Shown here: in pieces, positions 13,624 through 22,848 of the stretch
How positions within the stretch are numbered: the stretch's first letter is position 1
How the letters are laid out: every line of letters begins with the position of its first letter
NCBI RefSeq assembly: GCF_000018105.1
Contig: NC_009925.1
Coordinates: 2,790,001-2,822,000, forward strand
Length of the DNA: 32,000 nucleotides
Reading direction: 5' to 3'
Origin: Acaryochloris marina MBIC11017
GTDB taxonomy: Bacteria > Cyanobacteriota > Cyanobacteriia > Thermosynechococcales > Thermosynechococcaceae
Notes under the pieces: model-generated
Seen by the model: the letters and a program-made list of their open reading frames with translations, nothing else
The model's database searches: none
Told to the model about the DNA's origin: nothing
Position numbers and translations under genes: made by a program

Positions 13624-14376
13624 ATGGTCTCTGAACGATTGTCACAAGCCATACAGGCTTTGGAGCATCATCCTCAACATCTTCGTATTCGCAAGTTACT
13701 GTATTTTGTTGGTCATCAGCATTGGCCTAGCGATCTCATCTCGCAAGACCTGATGCAGCTCGATGTCTTGGTCCCTATCTTGCTAAATCAGGTAACCACC
13801 GCTCAAGATTTAGGCCATTTGTTATCTGAGAGAGCCGCCAAGCTCAATAAATCCAAAACCTATCTACCCATTGCTGACACGATTAGCCAAATTTTGGCTC
13901 CCCTCTGTCAGTCCACTCCCGTCCTGCCAGACTATGGGGTACCAGACGCACTCAACCCATCTCCCATCGGGGCAGGAGCAATCTACAGCCTCTTTGACCT
14001 AAAAGCAGCCTTAATGCAGTCCACCAACCCGCTGAAAGCCAAAATTCTGATCTTTTCGGCCCTCTACCATCCCTTTAGTTTCAGGCGTCAAGATTGGTTG
14101 AACTTAAAGCAGCGCTCTTTAGATAAATTACTGCAAACCTTATTCACCACCTATCCCAGCTTTGCGGCCCTTGAGCAGAAATTGATGCAAACCGCCGATC
14201 AGCTAGAAGCCCTCGATCAGAGTCAACAAGTGGTTCATGCCTTACTGCGGGCAGTCCTCCCCCAATACCGGGGTCAATCCCTAGCCACGTTGGAGAAACC
14301 AGAGCCAAACGTCATCGACGACTTAGAGATAGAAGATGATATGCTCACTTGCCAATTAGTGCCCCAGGTCTCCTAA
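13624..14376 (+). CDS. hypothetical protein, probably co-transcribed with the pentapeptide-repeat gene
   Basis: 250-aa ORF. Its stop lies 5 nt before the ATG of the next gene. No recognisable motif. Confidence 0.5.
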   Translation: MVSERLSQAIQALEHHPQHLRIRKLLYFVGHQHWPSDLISQDLMQLDVLVPILLNQVTTAQDLGHLLSERAAKLNKSKTYLPIADTISQILAPLCQSTPVLPDYGVPDALNPSPIGAGAIYSLFDLKAALMQSTNPLKAKILIFSALYHPFSFRRQDWLNLKQRSLDKLLQTLFTTYPSFAALEQKLMQTADQLEALDQSQQVVHALLRAVLPQYRGQSLATLEKPEPNVIDDLEIEDDMLTCQLVPQVS

Positions 14377-14381
14377 GGAAT

Positions 14382-15380
14382 ATGAAAGCGAAAGCACTAC
14401 TTCAACAATATGCCAACAATGTCTTTGACTTTAGTGGTCAAACTCTAGCAGGGTTAGATCTCGCTGGGGCCGACTTAATTGGCATTAATCTATCGGCAGC
14501 AGACCTACGCAATACAAATTTGAGTTTGGCCTACTTGAATCGCGTGGATCTGCAAACAAGCAATCTAACTCAGAGCAATTTGAGCGGGGCTACCTTAACT
14601 CAAGCCAACTTAAGCCAAGCGAACCTCACGGATGCAGCATTGCATGGGGCGAATCTACAACGGGCGGTTCTTTTCAAAGCAGATCTGACCTTAGCAGATC
14701 TAACGGATGCCAATCTGATGGAAGCCGATCTGCGAGAAGTAACCCTCCGCAGTACCAACCTGACAGGGGCTTGTTTGCGCAGTGCCAACCTGCGAGAAGA
14801 AAATCGCAACTGTGCGGATCTTAGAGGAGCCGTACTCGATGGGGTCGATCTGCAAGGAGCTAATTTGCGTGGCGCCGATCTAAGCAAAGTCAGCTTGCAA
14901 GGGGCGAATCTCCGCAATGCAAATTTACGAGCAGCGAATTTAGCCGGGGCCGATCTTCAAGGCGCAAATCTGGAGCAAGCCTTACTTATTGAGGCCAATC
15001 TCCAACAAGCGAATCTCAGTCACGCCACCTTAGCCGATGCCAAGCTGGAACGAGTCAATCTGCAAATGGCTCAGCTTGTCAATAGTGATTTAAGCGATTG
15101 CACTTTGGTAGAAAGTGAACTGAGTCAAGCCAATTTGCAGGGCGCAACCCTCTATCGCAGTCGGCTGAATCGGGCCAATCTCAGTCGGGCAAACTTGACA
15201 GAGGTCAACCTACAAGAAGCATTTCTGATTCAAGCATTTTTAGCCAGAACCGATCTCACAGATGCCAATCTCCAAGGGGCGAATCTAACCCGTTCAGATT
15301 GGAGTAGTGCAATTTTAACCAGAACAGTTTTAACGGGAGCGACACTACCCGACGGAACAGTATGCATGAGTCAAACTTGA
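14382..15380 (+). CDS. pentapeptide-repeat protein
   Basis: Almost the whole product is tandem A(D/N)LxX pentapeptides (ANLSQANLTDAALHGANLQRAVLFKADLTLADL...). Start set at ATG 14382 rather than the upstream alternative start at 14349. Confidence 0.9.
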   Translation: MKAKALLQQYANNVFDFSGQTLAGLDLAGADLIGINLSAADLRNTNLSLAYLNRVDLQTSNLTQSNLSGATLTQANLSQANLTDAALHGANLQRAVLFKADLTLADLTDANLMEADLREVTLRSTNLTGACLRSANLREENRNCADLRGAVLDGVDLQGANLRGADLSKVSLQGANLRNANLRAANLAGADLQGANLEQALLIEANLQQANLSHATLADAKLERVNLQMAQLVNSDLSDCTLVESELSQANLQGATLYRSRLNRANLSRANLTEVNLQEAFLIQAFLARTDLTDANLQGANLTRSDWSSAILTRTVLTGATLPDGTVCMSQT

Positions 15381-15485
15381 CCCTCGTCTCATCTATTCCA
15401 CTTCCAAGCTGACGTTGTTAACATCGGCACGGGAAAACCGTCTTTGGGATGATAGTCTGCACACAAAGTATTCCATTCATCAACT

Positions 15486-15878
15486 ATGTCTCCCATAGAA
15501 CAAGACGAAGTACGAGAGCAACGGATCACCATGGAGATTGTGGTCGATGCCTATACTGCTGAAGAACAGGCCCTAGGCTGGTACTACTACCTGGAGAGAA
15601 CCTTACAATTTCCGTTTATGGCAACCTACATGATGCAACGACGTGGCGCGGCGGAAAAAGAAGCGAAGCCTGTGAAGGTTATTGCCATGGCGGATGAAGA
15701 AGAGTGTGAGCATGAAATGTTTGTGGAGGTGGAGTGGGACGGTGATGTCTTGCCTATCCCGCTAGAGGAATTGACTTTCACAAGTGGAGACAGTCAACAG
15801 AGTGAAGAGATGGCTGCCAAAACGCAAGAAGCGATTGAAGATTGGCATTACTGGGTGCACCAAGGCAATACATTTTAG
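15486..15878 (+). CDS. CcbP-like acidic calcium-binding protein
   Basis: EQDEVREQRITMEIVVDAYTAEEQALGWYYYLERTLQFPFMA and C-terminal QEAIEDWHYWVHQG closely follow my recollection of Anabaena CcbP (ERDETREHRI..EIIVDA...GWYYYL..TL.FPF...AIADWLYW). The protein is very acidic. Confidence 0.7.
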   Translation: MSPIEQDEVREQRITMEIVVDAYTAEEQALGWYYYLERTLQFPFMATYMMQRRGAAEKEAKPVKVIAMADEEECEHEMFVEVEWDGDVLPIPLEELTFTSGDSQQSEEMAAKTQEAIEDWHYWVHQGNTF

Positions 15879-16008
15879 GAATGAAGTGCTGAAGGCCCCA
15901 ATCCTACACACCTCTAAGCGAAAATATAGCTGAGCTTATTCTTCCATAATCAATTGAAGAAACCCAGTGTACATCTATTTGTCCATACTATTTGAGGCTT
16001 CACCAGCG

Positions 16009-16611
16009 TTAGGTTTGAGGAGTTGATGCAACATTCATAGCCTGATCAACTTGGTTATATAGGCGAGTTAGATCAGAGTTATTATCAATCACGACTGTAG
16101 CCCGGTGAGCTTTTTCAATTACAGGCATTTGGCTAGCAATTCTGGTTTTCGCTTGTGATCTAGAAATCGAGTCCCGTCGCATCAACCGCTGACACTGCTG
16201 CTCATCCGTACAAACCACCACCCAAATTTCTGTAGCTAAATCCGTCATTTTTGCTTCAAACAGCAATGGCACCACTGCCACCACTATCGGATCCGTGAGT
16301 TGTCGTTGAGCAGCCAGAATTTGCTCTCGCACATAAGGATGAATTTGGCCTTCCAGCCAAGTGCGTTCAGACTCATCATTAAAGACAATATTACCTAGCT
16401 GTTTCCGATCCAGATTGCCGTCTGCTAGCAGAATCTCTGCGCCATAGCGTTGGGCAATACTGGCTAATGCTACCGACCCCGGTTTCACAGCATCACGGGC
16501 ATAGATATCGGCATCCAAGATAGGTAGCTTATATTGCGACTCTAGATAAGCTGCAACGCTGGACTTACCCGTCGCAATCCCTCCCGTCAACCCAATGATT
16601 CGTCGAGCCAT
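16009..16611 (-). CDS. coaE: dephospho-CoA kinase
   Basis: IIGLTGGIATGKSSV P-loop at the N-terminus, ILDADIYARDAV, and a length of 200 aa typical of CoaE. Confidence 0.9.
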   Translation of the reverse strand: MARRIIGLTGGIATGKSSVAAYLESQYKLPILDADIYARDAVKPGSVALASIAQRYGAEILLADGNLDRKQLGNIVFNDESERTWLEGQIHPYVREQILAAQRQLTDPIVVAVVPLLFEAKMTDLATEIWVVVCTDEQQCQRLMRRDSISRSQAKTRIASQMPVIEKAHRATVVIDNNSDLTRLYNQVDQAMNVASTPQT

Positions 16612-17178
16612 TTTTTTCGCTTTGCCAACAGACTGCTTGCTAGATCTTAGCCCCCCACTTTAGGCGTTGATTAGGTCCTAGTACAAAACCAGACCCCATT
16701 GAAAAATTCATCCCTCGGTTTGCTCGCTACAACACATTGATGGTGGAGATGCTTGCAGTTGCGATCGCAACTGCCAATGTCGATATTGCCATGGGTGGAA
16801 TGGATGCAGGTGCAGCCATTGAAACCGTCGATGAGGTGACTACGGCAAATACACCGACTAAAGTGGCAGAAGCCATCCAAATGGCCCATACAACCCGCTG
16901 CATTTAGAGTTGCCTTATAGGTCAAGGGTAAAAGGTCTATTCTTCTCCTAGGGACAATGGATATCGCGACGCTATGGGAAGCTATATTTGCCAATTTCGG
17001 CGTTGCTTTATTGATAATTCTCGATGCAGGTCGAGCCTTGAAGTAGCTATCGATATATTTGGCCATGGATAAGAGTTTAATAGAAAGCCATTTAACCATC
17101 GACCACATAGATCATAGTTCTGCAGTTCACCCCCAATCAGTCTCGGCTTAACTACTCACTTCACCATACCGATAGACA

Positions 17179-17505
17179 ATGGACATCAGAAAATACACAC
17201 CAATGACACCAACGAGACCTTGCCAATACTGCTTAAGTCTCCAACAGGGCAGCGTATTTGCCGATTTTGATATTGATGATAATGGGTACGTGTCTCTTGT
17301 TCGAATATCTTTTGATGGTTACGGTTGCTGCGGCCTTGAAGACGCGACGCGAAAAATGGATGCAGAATCTTCCCGAAAACTGATCGAATGGGTTGAGTCA
17401 AATAATGTCAGCCAAGATGCCATGCGTGCAGTGCTCAAAAAATACTTCAATGAGAACAAAGACGTAATTTGGGAGGATGCTTTAGCAGATTATGCATTGT
17501 TGTAA
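17179..17505 (+). CDS. hypothetical protein
   Basis: 108-aa ORF with ATG start. Contains CxxC and GYGCCG cysteines. No family recognised. Confidence 0.45.
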   Translation: MDIRKYTPMTPTRPCQYCLSLQQGSVFADFDIDDNGYVSLVRISFDGYGCCGLEDATRKMDAESSRKLIEWVESNNVSQDAMRAVLKKYFNENKDVIWEDALADYALL

Positions 17506-17783
17506 GCTTGTTCATCACTGAATAGAATGATTGTTGAAAAGCTAGCCAATTTCTGTTCGGCTACCCCCAATATCGAGAACACTACTTAAGAAACTGATGA
17601 ATCCAAACCAAGAGATGGGCTAGATCGATTGCCTCATCTAACCTGGTAGGAGGATACAGACTATACAGAACATGCTCTCTCTATGTTGCAACGGATCTCT
17701 CCATTTCTAAACTGGAGCGTAGAAAGTGACCTTACCCTACTTGATAGAGATGCAGTTCCACTCGCCCTATGAACTGGTGAATC

Positions 17784-18185
17784 ATGACCACTTTGACGCC
17801 GAAAACCCACCTAGCCCTACTCCTTATGAGCTTTCTTACATGGGGATTTTTCGTTCTCTTAGGCTTACCTGACTATTACCAAAGCTGGCCTTTCTCCGCC
17901 AAAGTTGCCGCCTGTATCGCAGTCACGATTCTCTACATTCCATTGGCCCCCTTCATCTTGAAGCGAATGGACAACAAGCAGTATGTCAAGAACTCCTTCT
18001 GGCTAGCCCTCTATTTAACCGTGCCACTGTTTATCTATGACTATGTGTTTATCGTCTTACTTGGCGGCGACAATATGACTTTTATCTTTCGATATTGGTA
18101 TCTCTCTGTCTTTTACTTCTCTTTCTGGGTTCAGTTTCCATTGACCGCTCGGTTCATCATGAATGAGCCAACAGAAAGCCTTTAA
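17784..18185 (+). CDS. hypothetical integral membrane protein
   Basis: 133 aa with about four hydrophobic helices (LLLMSFLTWGFFVLLGL, VAACIAVTILYIPLAPFIL, FWLALYLTVPLFIYDYVFIVLLG, YWYLSVFYFSFWVQFPL). Confidence 0.5.
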   Translation: MTTLTPKTHLALLLMSFLTWGFFVLLGLPDYYQSWPFSAKVAACIAVTILYIPLAPFILKRMDNKQYVKNSFWLALYLTVPLFIYDYVFIVLLGGDNMTFIFRYWYLSVFYFSFWVQFPLTARFIMNEPTESL

Positions 18186-18291
18186 AAGCAATTGAGATAT
18201 ATCGGTGGCATTCTGTAACTTCACCGAGTGAAGTGTGTGACTGCACTCTTATGAGTTGTATAGACCTACTTACTCAGGACAGAACATCTTT

Positions 18292-18747
18292 ATGGATCAC
18301 GACTTTTTGAGTGAGATCACTCGTGATGGTGAGGATGGCATCATCACCATCGAATATGAAGGACATACAATTGACATCAGGCTCATATCCGATGGTCAAC
18401 CTTTCGGCATGGCTTTGCAACTGGCTACCGAGATTATCGAACAACTGCCTGAATATGATGTTGTCGCCAAGAACATTATCGTCAACGACCTTTGTGACAT
18501 CTACAACAACGGTTGGAATGAATACGACGAAGTACAAGCAGATGGCTCTCTGAAGTCAGTGAGCCATCCACCATTAACTACAACCGAGTTTGAGCAGAAA
18601 TTCTTTTTGGCGGGAGTCAATATTACTGGCAATACTGTAGTCGAACTGTTTTATGACAATTCGGGGCTATTCTGGGGGCATGCTGTATTGGTTCAGTCTT
18701 TGAACGGTAGTGACTTCAACACGGCACGCGCCGAATTACTCGGATAA
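18292..18747 (+). CDS. hypothetical protein, possibly a DUF2262-like (immunity-protein-like) fold
   Basis: Start set at ATG 18292. The C-terminal ELFYDNSGLFWGHAVLV resembles the ...dgdlFwGH.i.v block I associate with DUF2262. The assignment is tentative. Confidence 0.45.
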   Translation: MDHDFLSEITRDGEDGIITIEYEGHTIDIRLISDGQPFGMALQLATEIIEQLPEYDVVAKNIIVNDLCDIYNNGWNEYDEVQADGSLKSVSHPPLTTTEFEQKFFLAGVNITGNTVVELFYDNSGLFWGHAVLVQSLNGSDFNTARAELLG

Positions 18748-18798
18748 CAGGGACATTTCAGTATTGTGAAGTGCTGCAACCCTAAACACTACAGCGAG

Positions 18799-19125
18799 TT
18801 ACTTGTGGTGTAAGTGAGTTGAGATAGCAGTCTCAACCCACGTATTCAAACTCACACCATCCACCTGAGCTCGAATGACAGCTTGACGATGGAGTTCAGG
18901 GGAAATTCTTAAATTGAAGCGGCCAGAGCAAGGTTTATCTGGATCTTTGCCCATCCGTTGGCAATCCGCCAAATAATCTTCAATGACATTGTGGAAAGAG
19001 GCTTCTAGTTCATCCACTGTTTGTCCATCAAAAGCGATCACATCCTGAGTCCCAACCACGCGGCCAAAGAAGATTCGATCTTCAGGATCAAACTGAATAA
19101 CAGCTTCATATCCTTTATATTTCAT
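18799..19125 (-). CDS. hicB: type II toxin-antitoxin system HicB-family antitoxin
   Basis: MKYKGYEAVIQFDPEDRIFFGRV.G..DVI.F.G.TV.EL...F...IEDYLA.C...G..P.KP.SG.F.LR..PELH is the canonical HicB N-domain plus RHH-like C-terminus. It overlaps the upstream hicA by 11 nt. Confidence 0.85.
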   Translation of the reverse strand: MKYKGYEAVIQFDPEDRIFFGRVVGTQDVIAFDGQTVDELEASFHNVIEDYLADCQRMGKDPDKPCSGRFNLRISPELHRQAVIRAQVDGVSLNTWVETAISTHLHHK

Positions 19126-19375
19126 CAGTTATTCCCGCTTTGAGTAGAAAATCACGCACCGCCTGAACCTGGTAGCGCTTTAACTCATTCCCTGGATGTG
19201 GGGAATGAATATTTAAGGACATCTGGTTGAGTTCAAAGCGAACCCGAGAACCGCTTCCACTAATGACTTTTCCCCCCAATCCTTGAATGAGACTAACTAC
19301 ATCAGCCCACAATATATTTTTACGAATAGGTGTAAAGAATAAGGCTCTTAGAATTTTTTTTTGCTTATTGTTCAT
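19115..19375 (-). CDS. hicA: type II toxin-antitoxin system HicA-family mRNA interferase toxin
   Basis: 86 aa from ATG 19375. GSGSRVRFEL....LNIHSPHPGNELKRYQVQAVRDFLLKAGI fits the HicA GS.H...........H.PH......l....v..i...agi pattern. The toxin-first order and overlap with hicB are typical. Confidence 0.75.
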   Translation of the reverse strand: MNNKQKKILRALFFTPIRKNILWADVVSLIQGLGGKVISGSGSRVRFELNQMSLNIHSPHPGNELKRYQVQAVRDFLLKAGITDEI

Positions 19376-19654
19376 ATCCACACAAAACCGTTGAAATTTC
19401 AGATCCACCAACTTCGATAGACCAGTAATTTGTGGGGCTATGTACAGACCAGCAGTCAATATTTATAGTACTTTTTTTTAGTACTATTAGTCAAGTTAAT
19501 AACCTAACGATCTATCGACTGAGTGGTAGTCCAAGCAGCAAATAAGCAGGCAGCCTGTAACCCACTTCACCATTCTTTTACGAGTAAAGGAGTATTCTAA
19601 GTGTAGGTGAGACCGTTTGCTGGAAAAATCGACTGATGAGAAAGCAATATCGCC

Positions 19655-20281
19655 ATGAACCCTTTTTATTCAGGCTATTACACCGAAAATGAGCTGAGAG
19701 GCTTTGGTTTTAAATCCGTTGGCCAGAACGTCAAAATAGCCAAGAACTGTACTATCGTTGGCATTGAAAATATCGCGATCGGTGACAACGTCCGCATTGA
19801 TGCCTATTGTTCCATCTTTGCCCATCAGGAAGGCTGGGTTACCTTAGGCTCCTTTATTCATATTGGCGGCTATTGTCTACTGTCTGCTGGAGACGGTATT
19901 CGCATGGATGACTTTAGCGGCCTCTCTCAAGGGGTCCATCTTTATAGCAGAACCGATGACTATACGGGTAAATTCTTAACCAATCCCACCGTCCCCAAGA
20001 AATACACCGGCATCATAGGAGGAACCGTCGCCCTGGGCCGACATGCCATCATTGGTTCCAGTTCTGTTGTTCTGCCCAATGTTCAGATTGGCGATGGCAC
20101 TGCTGTGGGAGCCCTGTCTTTAGTCACCAAAAGCTTAGATCCTTGGGGCGTGTATTTTGGTAGCCCTGCCAAAAAACTGAAAAACAGATCGAAACGGCTA
20201 CTGAACTTAGAAACAGAGTTAACGGCAGAACTGGCAAAGCCCACCGATAGCTTACCCATCTCCCTCTCGGCCATTGGCTAA
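19655..20281 (+). CDS. left-handed beta-helix (hexapeptide-repeat) acyl/acetyltransferase
   Basis: Imperfect hexapeptide repeats ([LIV]-G-x4), e.g. IAIGDNVRIDAYCSIFA and ALGRHAIIGSSSVVLPNVQIGDGTAVGALSLV. Typical of sugar O-acetyltransferases. Confidence 0.75.
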   Translation: MNPFYSGYYTENELRGFGFKSVGQNVKIAKNCTIVGIENIAIGDNVRIDAYCSIFAHQEGWVTLGSFIHIGGYCLLSAGDGIRMDDFSGLSQGVHLYSRTDDYTGKFLTNPTVPKKYTGIIGGTVALGRHAIIGSSSVVLPNVQIGDGTAVGALSLVTKSLDPWGVYFGSPAKKLKNRSKRLLNLETELTAELAKPTDSLPISLSAIG

Positions 20282-21130
20282 AGGATGCAGCCGCAGAAAC
20301 TCAATAACGGCGGGGTTGAAATGCTCCGCCTCCACTAAGAATGGCCAATGGTTTCCTGGCAGCCGTTCGACTTGAAGCTGGTTGAGATAGGTCTGGTAGG
20401 TTTTTAAGTTGCTTGCGCGGCGATTAATCCCCTGCTCCGGTTGTACCAGCAGCGTGGGGATATCGATGGGCGCAGTTAAACCAGAGACAGCAACGGATTC
20501 CTGAAAGATCTCATTCCGGGCAGGCACTGTAAACTTGCTACCCCAACTGCCGTCGGCTTTTTGCTCAATCCCCTCAGTAAACACCTGTTGCTGCAGGGAA
20601 CTCCAGCCTTGAAATTGATTAAGGGTTCGCGCTTTTGCTTCCGCCACTGCGTAACTGGAGAACGGTCCCATACCTTGCAAAAAGGGCAACACTTTATAGA
20701 GCAACGGAAATGTAAAATTCACAAATCCCGGCATCTTGTTGATGTAAAACGGATCCACCAACACCATGCTGGCTAAACGTTGCGGCGCAGCAGTGGCCCA
20801 GATGGGTAGAAGTTTAGCGGTCCAGGAATGAGCAATCCCGTGAACCTGGGACCAGCCCAAGTGATCTAAAAGCGCTTCCAAGTCACCGATTAATTCGGTA
20901 AACGTATATCCTTGCGTCGGTTTATCACTCTCTCCATGGCCTCGCATATCTAACGCCACCAGATGATAGCGATCGCCCAATGCGATCGCAAGATCAGACC
21001 ACACCCGAGCATGATCCCCCAACCCATGCAGGAGCAGCACAGGCTCAGGGCCTGTAAACCATTCCAAGTAAGAAAGCTGAATATGGGGGAGGATTAGGGT
21101 CTTCCGAATGGGTTCCATAGGCTCAATCAT
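20252..21130 (-). CDS. alpha/beta-fold hydrolase
   Basis: LLLHGLGDHARVW...LDMRGHGESDKP, then the nucleophile elbow GIAHSWT. Start set at ATG 21130 (the ORF track uses TTG 21163; another ATG lies at 21118). Confidence 0.75.
   Translation of the reverse strand: MIEPMEPIRKTLILPHIQLSYLEWFTGPEPVLLLHGLGDHARVWSDLAIALGDRYHLVALDMRGHGESDKPTQGYTFTELIGDLEALLDHLGWSQVHGIAHSWTAKLLPIWATAAPQRLASMVLVDPFYINKMPGFVNFTFPLLYKVLPFLQGMGPFSSYAVAEAKARTLNQFQGWSSLQQQVFTEGIEQKADGSWGSKFTVPARNEIFQESVAVSGLTAPIDIPTLLVQPEQGINRRASNLKTYQTYLNQLQVERLPGNHWPFLVEAEHFNPAVIEFLRLHPLANGREGDG
20969..20989. repeat. two HIP1 octamers (GCGATCGC) 5 bp apart; representative of the HIP1 copies in the window
   Basis: GCGATCGC seen by eye at 1513, 12611, 16761, 20969, 20982, 21752, 26528, 28532 and 29163. 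About 0.5 copies would be expected for a random 8-mer palindrome in 32 kb. Confidence 0.85.
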
Positions 21131-21219
21131 CCCTAAGAATGGGGGGCTTTGTCTATCGGTCAAAGTGGACTAACCCCCTACGCTACACTAAAAAGCGTAA
21201 GCGGAATATTGAGGAGCCA

Positions 21220-22137
21220 ATGGCTGACGCTGCCAAGATTATGCGCCATAGCCAATTGTTAAATCGATTGGTGATTGACCGCGACACGACGGAAGAATTG
21301 GGCCGGATCGATGTGGTCTGGATGCATCCCCCTGCCCATCGGGTCATGGGGTTTATCTGCAAACCTGGTTTTATGACCAAGCAGCGCTATGCCTTTAACC
21401 TTAAGCAGCTCTATCGGATTGGCCCGGAAAGTATTTTGGTCTCTTCTGGTGCCGCCGAAACCAATGTCAAAGAAGTGGCCTTGCTGGAAACCCTGATTGG
21501 CCTGGAGCTATGGACCGATGCTGGGGAACGGTTAGGTCGGATTATTGATTGCCTCTTTGATCGGCAAACGGGCAATATCACCCACTATCTGTTTAAGTCT
21601 GGGGGCTGGCGAGGCTTCACCAGCGGGGTGTATCAACTCCCCCCTCGGGCGGTGATGAGCTTTGGCCGCAAAAAAGTGCTGGTGACGGCTAAGGTCAGTG
21701 CAAACTTGAAGGTATTCCAAGAAGGATTAGAAGATCGGCTGGTACAGGTCAGCGATCGCATCAAGTCGGGCTACACCCAAGAACTTGATTCCCTCACCTC
21801 CCGCGCTCAAAAGCTGACCCAACAGGCAGAAGAACGACTCCAGAAACTAGCTGAACAAGCCAATGAACAGGTGGAAGCCTTTGGCCAAGCCGAGGAGGAA
21901 GAAGACTTCGGCCAACAGCTCCAGGAAAGATCCCAGAAGCTAATGCAGCAGGCTAAACAAAAAAGCCGAGCCCTATGGGAGCGAGTCGAAGATGGTGCCT
22001 TTAACCTGACGGAAGAACTGTCTAACCCGGAAGAATCCCGTCCTGCGTCCCGTCCCAATGTGGAAGCGATTACCCAGGAAGATGTCATTAAAAATATTCC
22101 CATCGAGGACTTAGAAGATGACGAACCCTGGATCTGA
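21220..22137 (+). CDS. PRC-barrel domain protein with an acidic coiled-coil tail
   Basis: GAGGAG SD 4 nt before ATG 21220. Two PRC-barrel-like units (LLNRLVIDRDTTEELGRIDVVWM; LIGLELWTDAGERLGRIIDCLFDRQTGNITHYLF) followed by a Q/E-rich helix. Confidence 0.65.
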   Translation: MADAAKIMRHSQLLNRLVIDRDTTEELGRIDVVWMHPPAHRVMGFICKPGFMTKQRYAFNLKQLYRIGPESILVSSGAAETNVKEVALLETLIGLELWTDAGERLGRIIDCLFDRQTGNITHYLFKSGGWRGFTSGVYQLPPRAVMSFGRKKVLVTAKVSANLKVFQEGLEDRLVQVSDRIKSGYTQELDSLTSRAQKLTQQAEERLQKLAEQANEQVEAFGQAEEEEDFGQQLQERSQKLMQQAKQKSRALWERVEDGAFNLTEELSNPEESRPASRPNVEAITQEDVIKNIPIEDLEDDEPWI

Positions 22138-22837
22138 GGCCAGTGCCCTGCTAACCCGTATACCCGAACCGGAGCTAATGGATGATGATGATCAGGCTCG
22201 GGCCTATGCAGAAGCAGACTTCGTAGAGCCGCACAATCATTTTGTTCAGCTCCTGCAAGAGACTTTTCCTGAGTTGCCAGAGATGGGCACGGCTCTAGAC
22301 TTAGGCTGTGGTCCTGGGGATATTACCCTACGCTTTGCCCGCGCTTTTCCAGCCTGGTCGGTGGAGGGATGGGATGCGTCAGAGGCAATGCTGAACTATG
22401 GCTATCAGGCCGTAGCCGCCGCCAAACTCCAAGACCGCATCACCCTCAAAAAAGTATATGTACCTCAAAGCGATACGGTTAGCGATACCAAAAGTGATAC
22501 GGTATCGTTCCCCCTTATTTTTTCCAATAGTTTGCTCCACCATTTAGCTGATCCAATGGCCCTTTGGACGGAGGTCAAACAGCAATCCGGGTTGGGGACT
22601 GCGGTCTTTATTATGGATTTGATGCGGCCCGCAAAGCGAGAGACTGCAAAGGATTTCGTCGATCTCTATGCTCAGGGAGAACCGGAGGTGCTACGACGAG
22701 ATTTCTTTAATTCACTGTTAGCAGCCTATCGGGTGGATGAGGTACAAGATCAGCTAGCTCAAGCCGGATTAGAACAATTACAGGTGCGAGAAGTTAGCGA
22801 TCTCCACCTTATTATTTGGGGACACATTGCTGAGTAA
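22118..22837 (+). CDS. class I SAM-dependent methyltransferase
   Basis: IPEPELMDD..QA.AYA.ADF N-terminus and motif I ALDLGCGPGDIT. Overlaps the preceding gene by 20 nt. Confidence 0.75.
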   Translation: MTNPGSEASALLTRIPEPELMDDDDQARAYAEADFVEPHNHFVQLLQETFPELPEMGTALDLGCGPGDITLRFARAFPAWSVEGWDASEAMLNYGYQAVAAAKLQDRITLKKVYVPQSDTVSDTKSDTVSFPLIFSNSLLHHLADPMALWTEVKQQSGLGTAVFIMDLMRPAKRETAKDFVDLYAQGEPEVLRRDFFNSLLAAYRVDEVQDQLAQAGLEQLQVREVSDLHLIIWGHIAE

Positions 22838-22848
22838 ACGCTAACCTG

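Noticed and set aside
14382-15380. Highly periodic DNA in the pentapeptide gene, considered as a CRISPR-like or tandem DNA repeat (with antisense ORF 14600..14917)
   Set aside because: The periodicity is 15 nt at the protein level (A(D/N)LxX), with degenerate nucleotides and no spacer/repeat architecture. The antisense ORF is a shadow.
16671-17108. 145-aa Cys/His-rich minus ORF, superficially like a metal-binding protein
   Set aside because: The composition (C, H, S, R rich) is what the antisense of an Ala/Val/Gly-rich plus-strand frame in the same codon register would give. There is no known motif. I treat it as an artefact and flag the plus-strand small ORFs instead.
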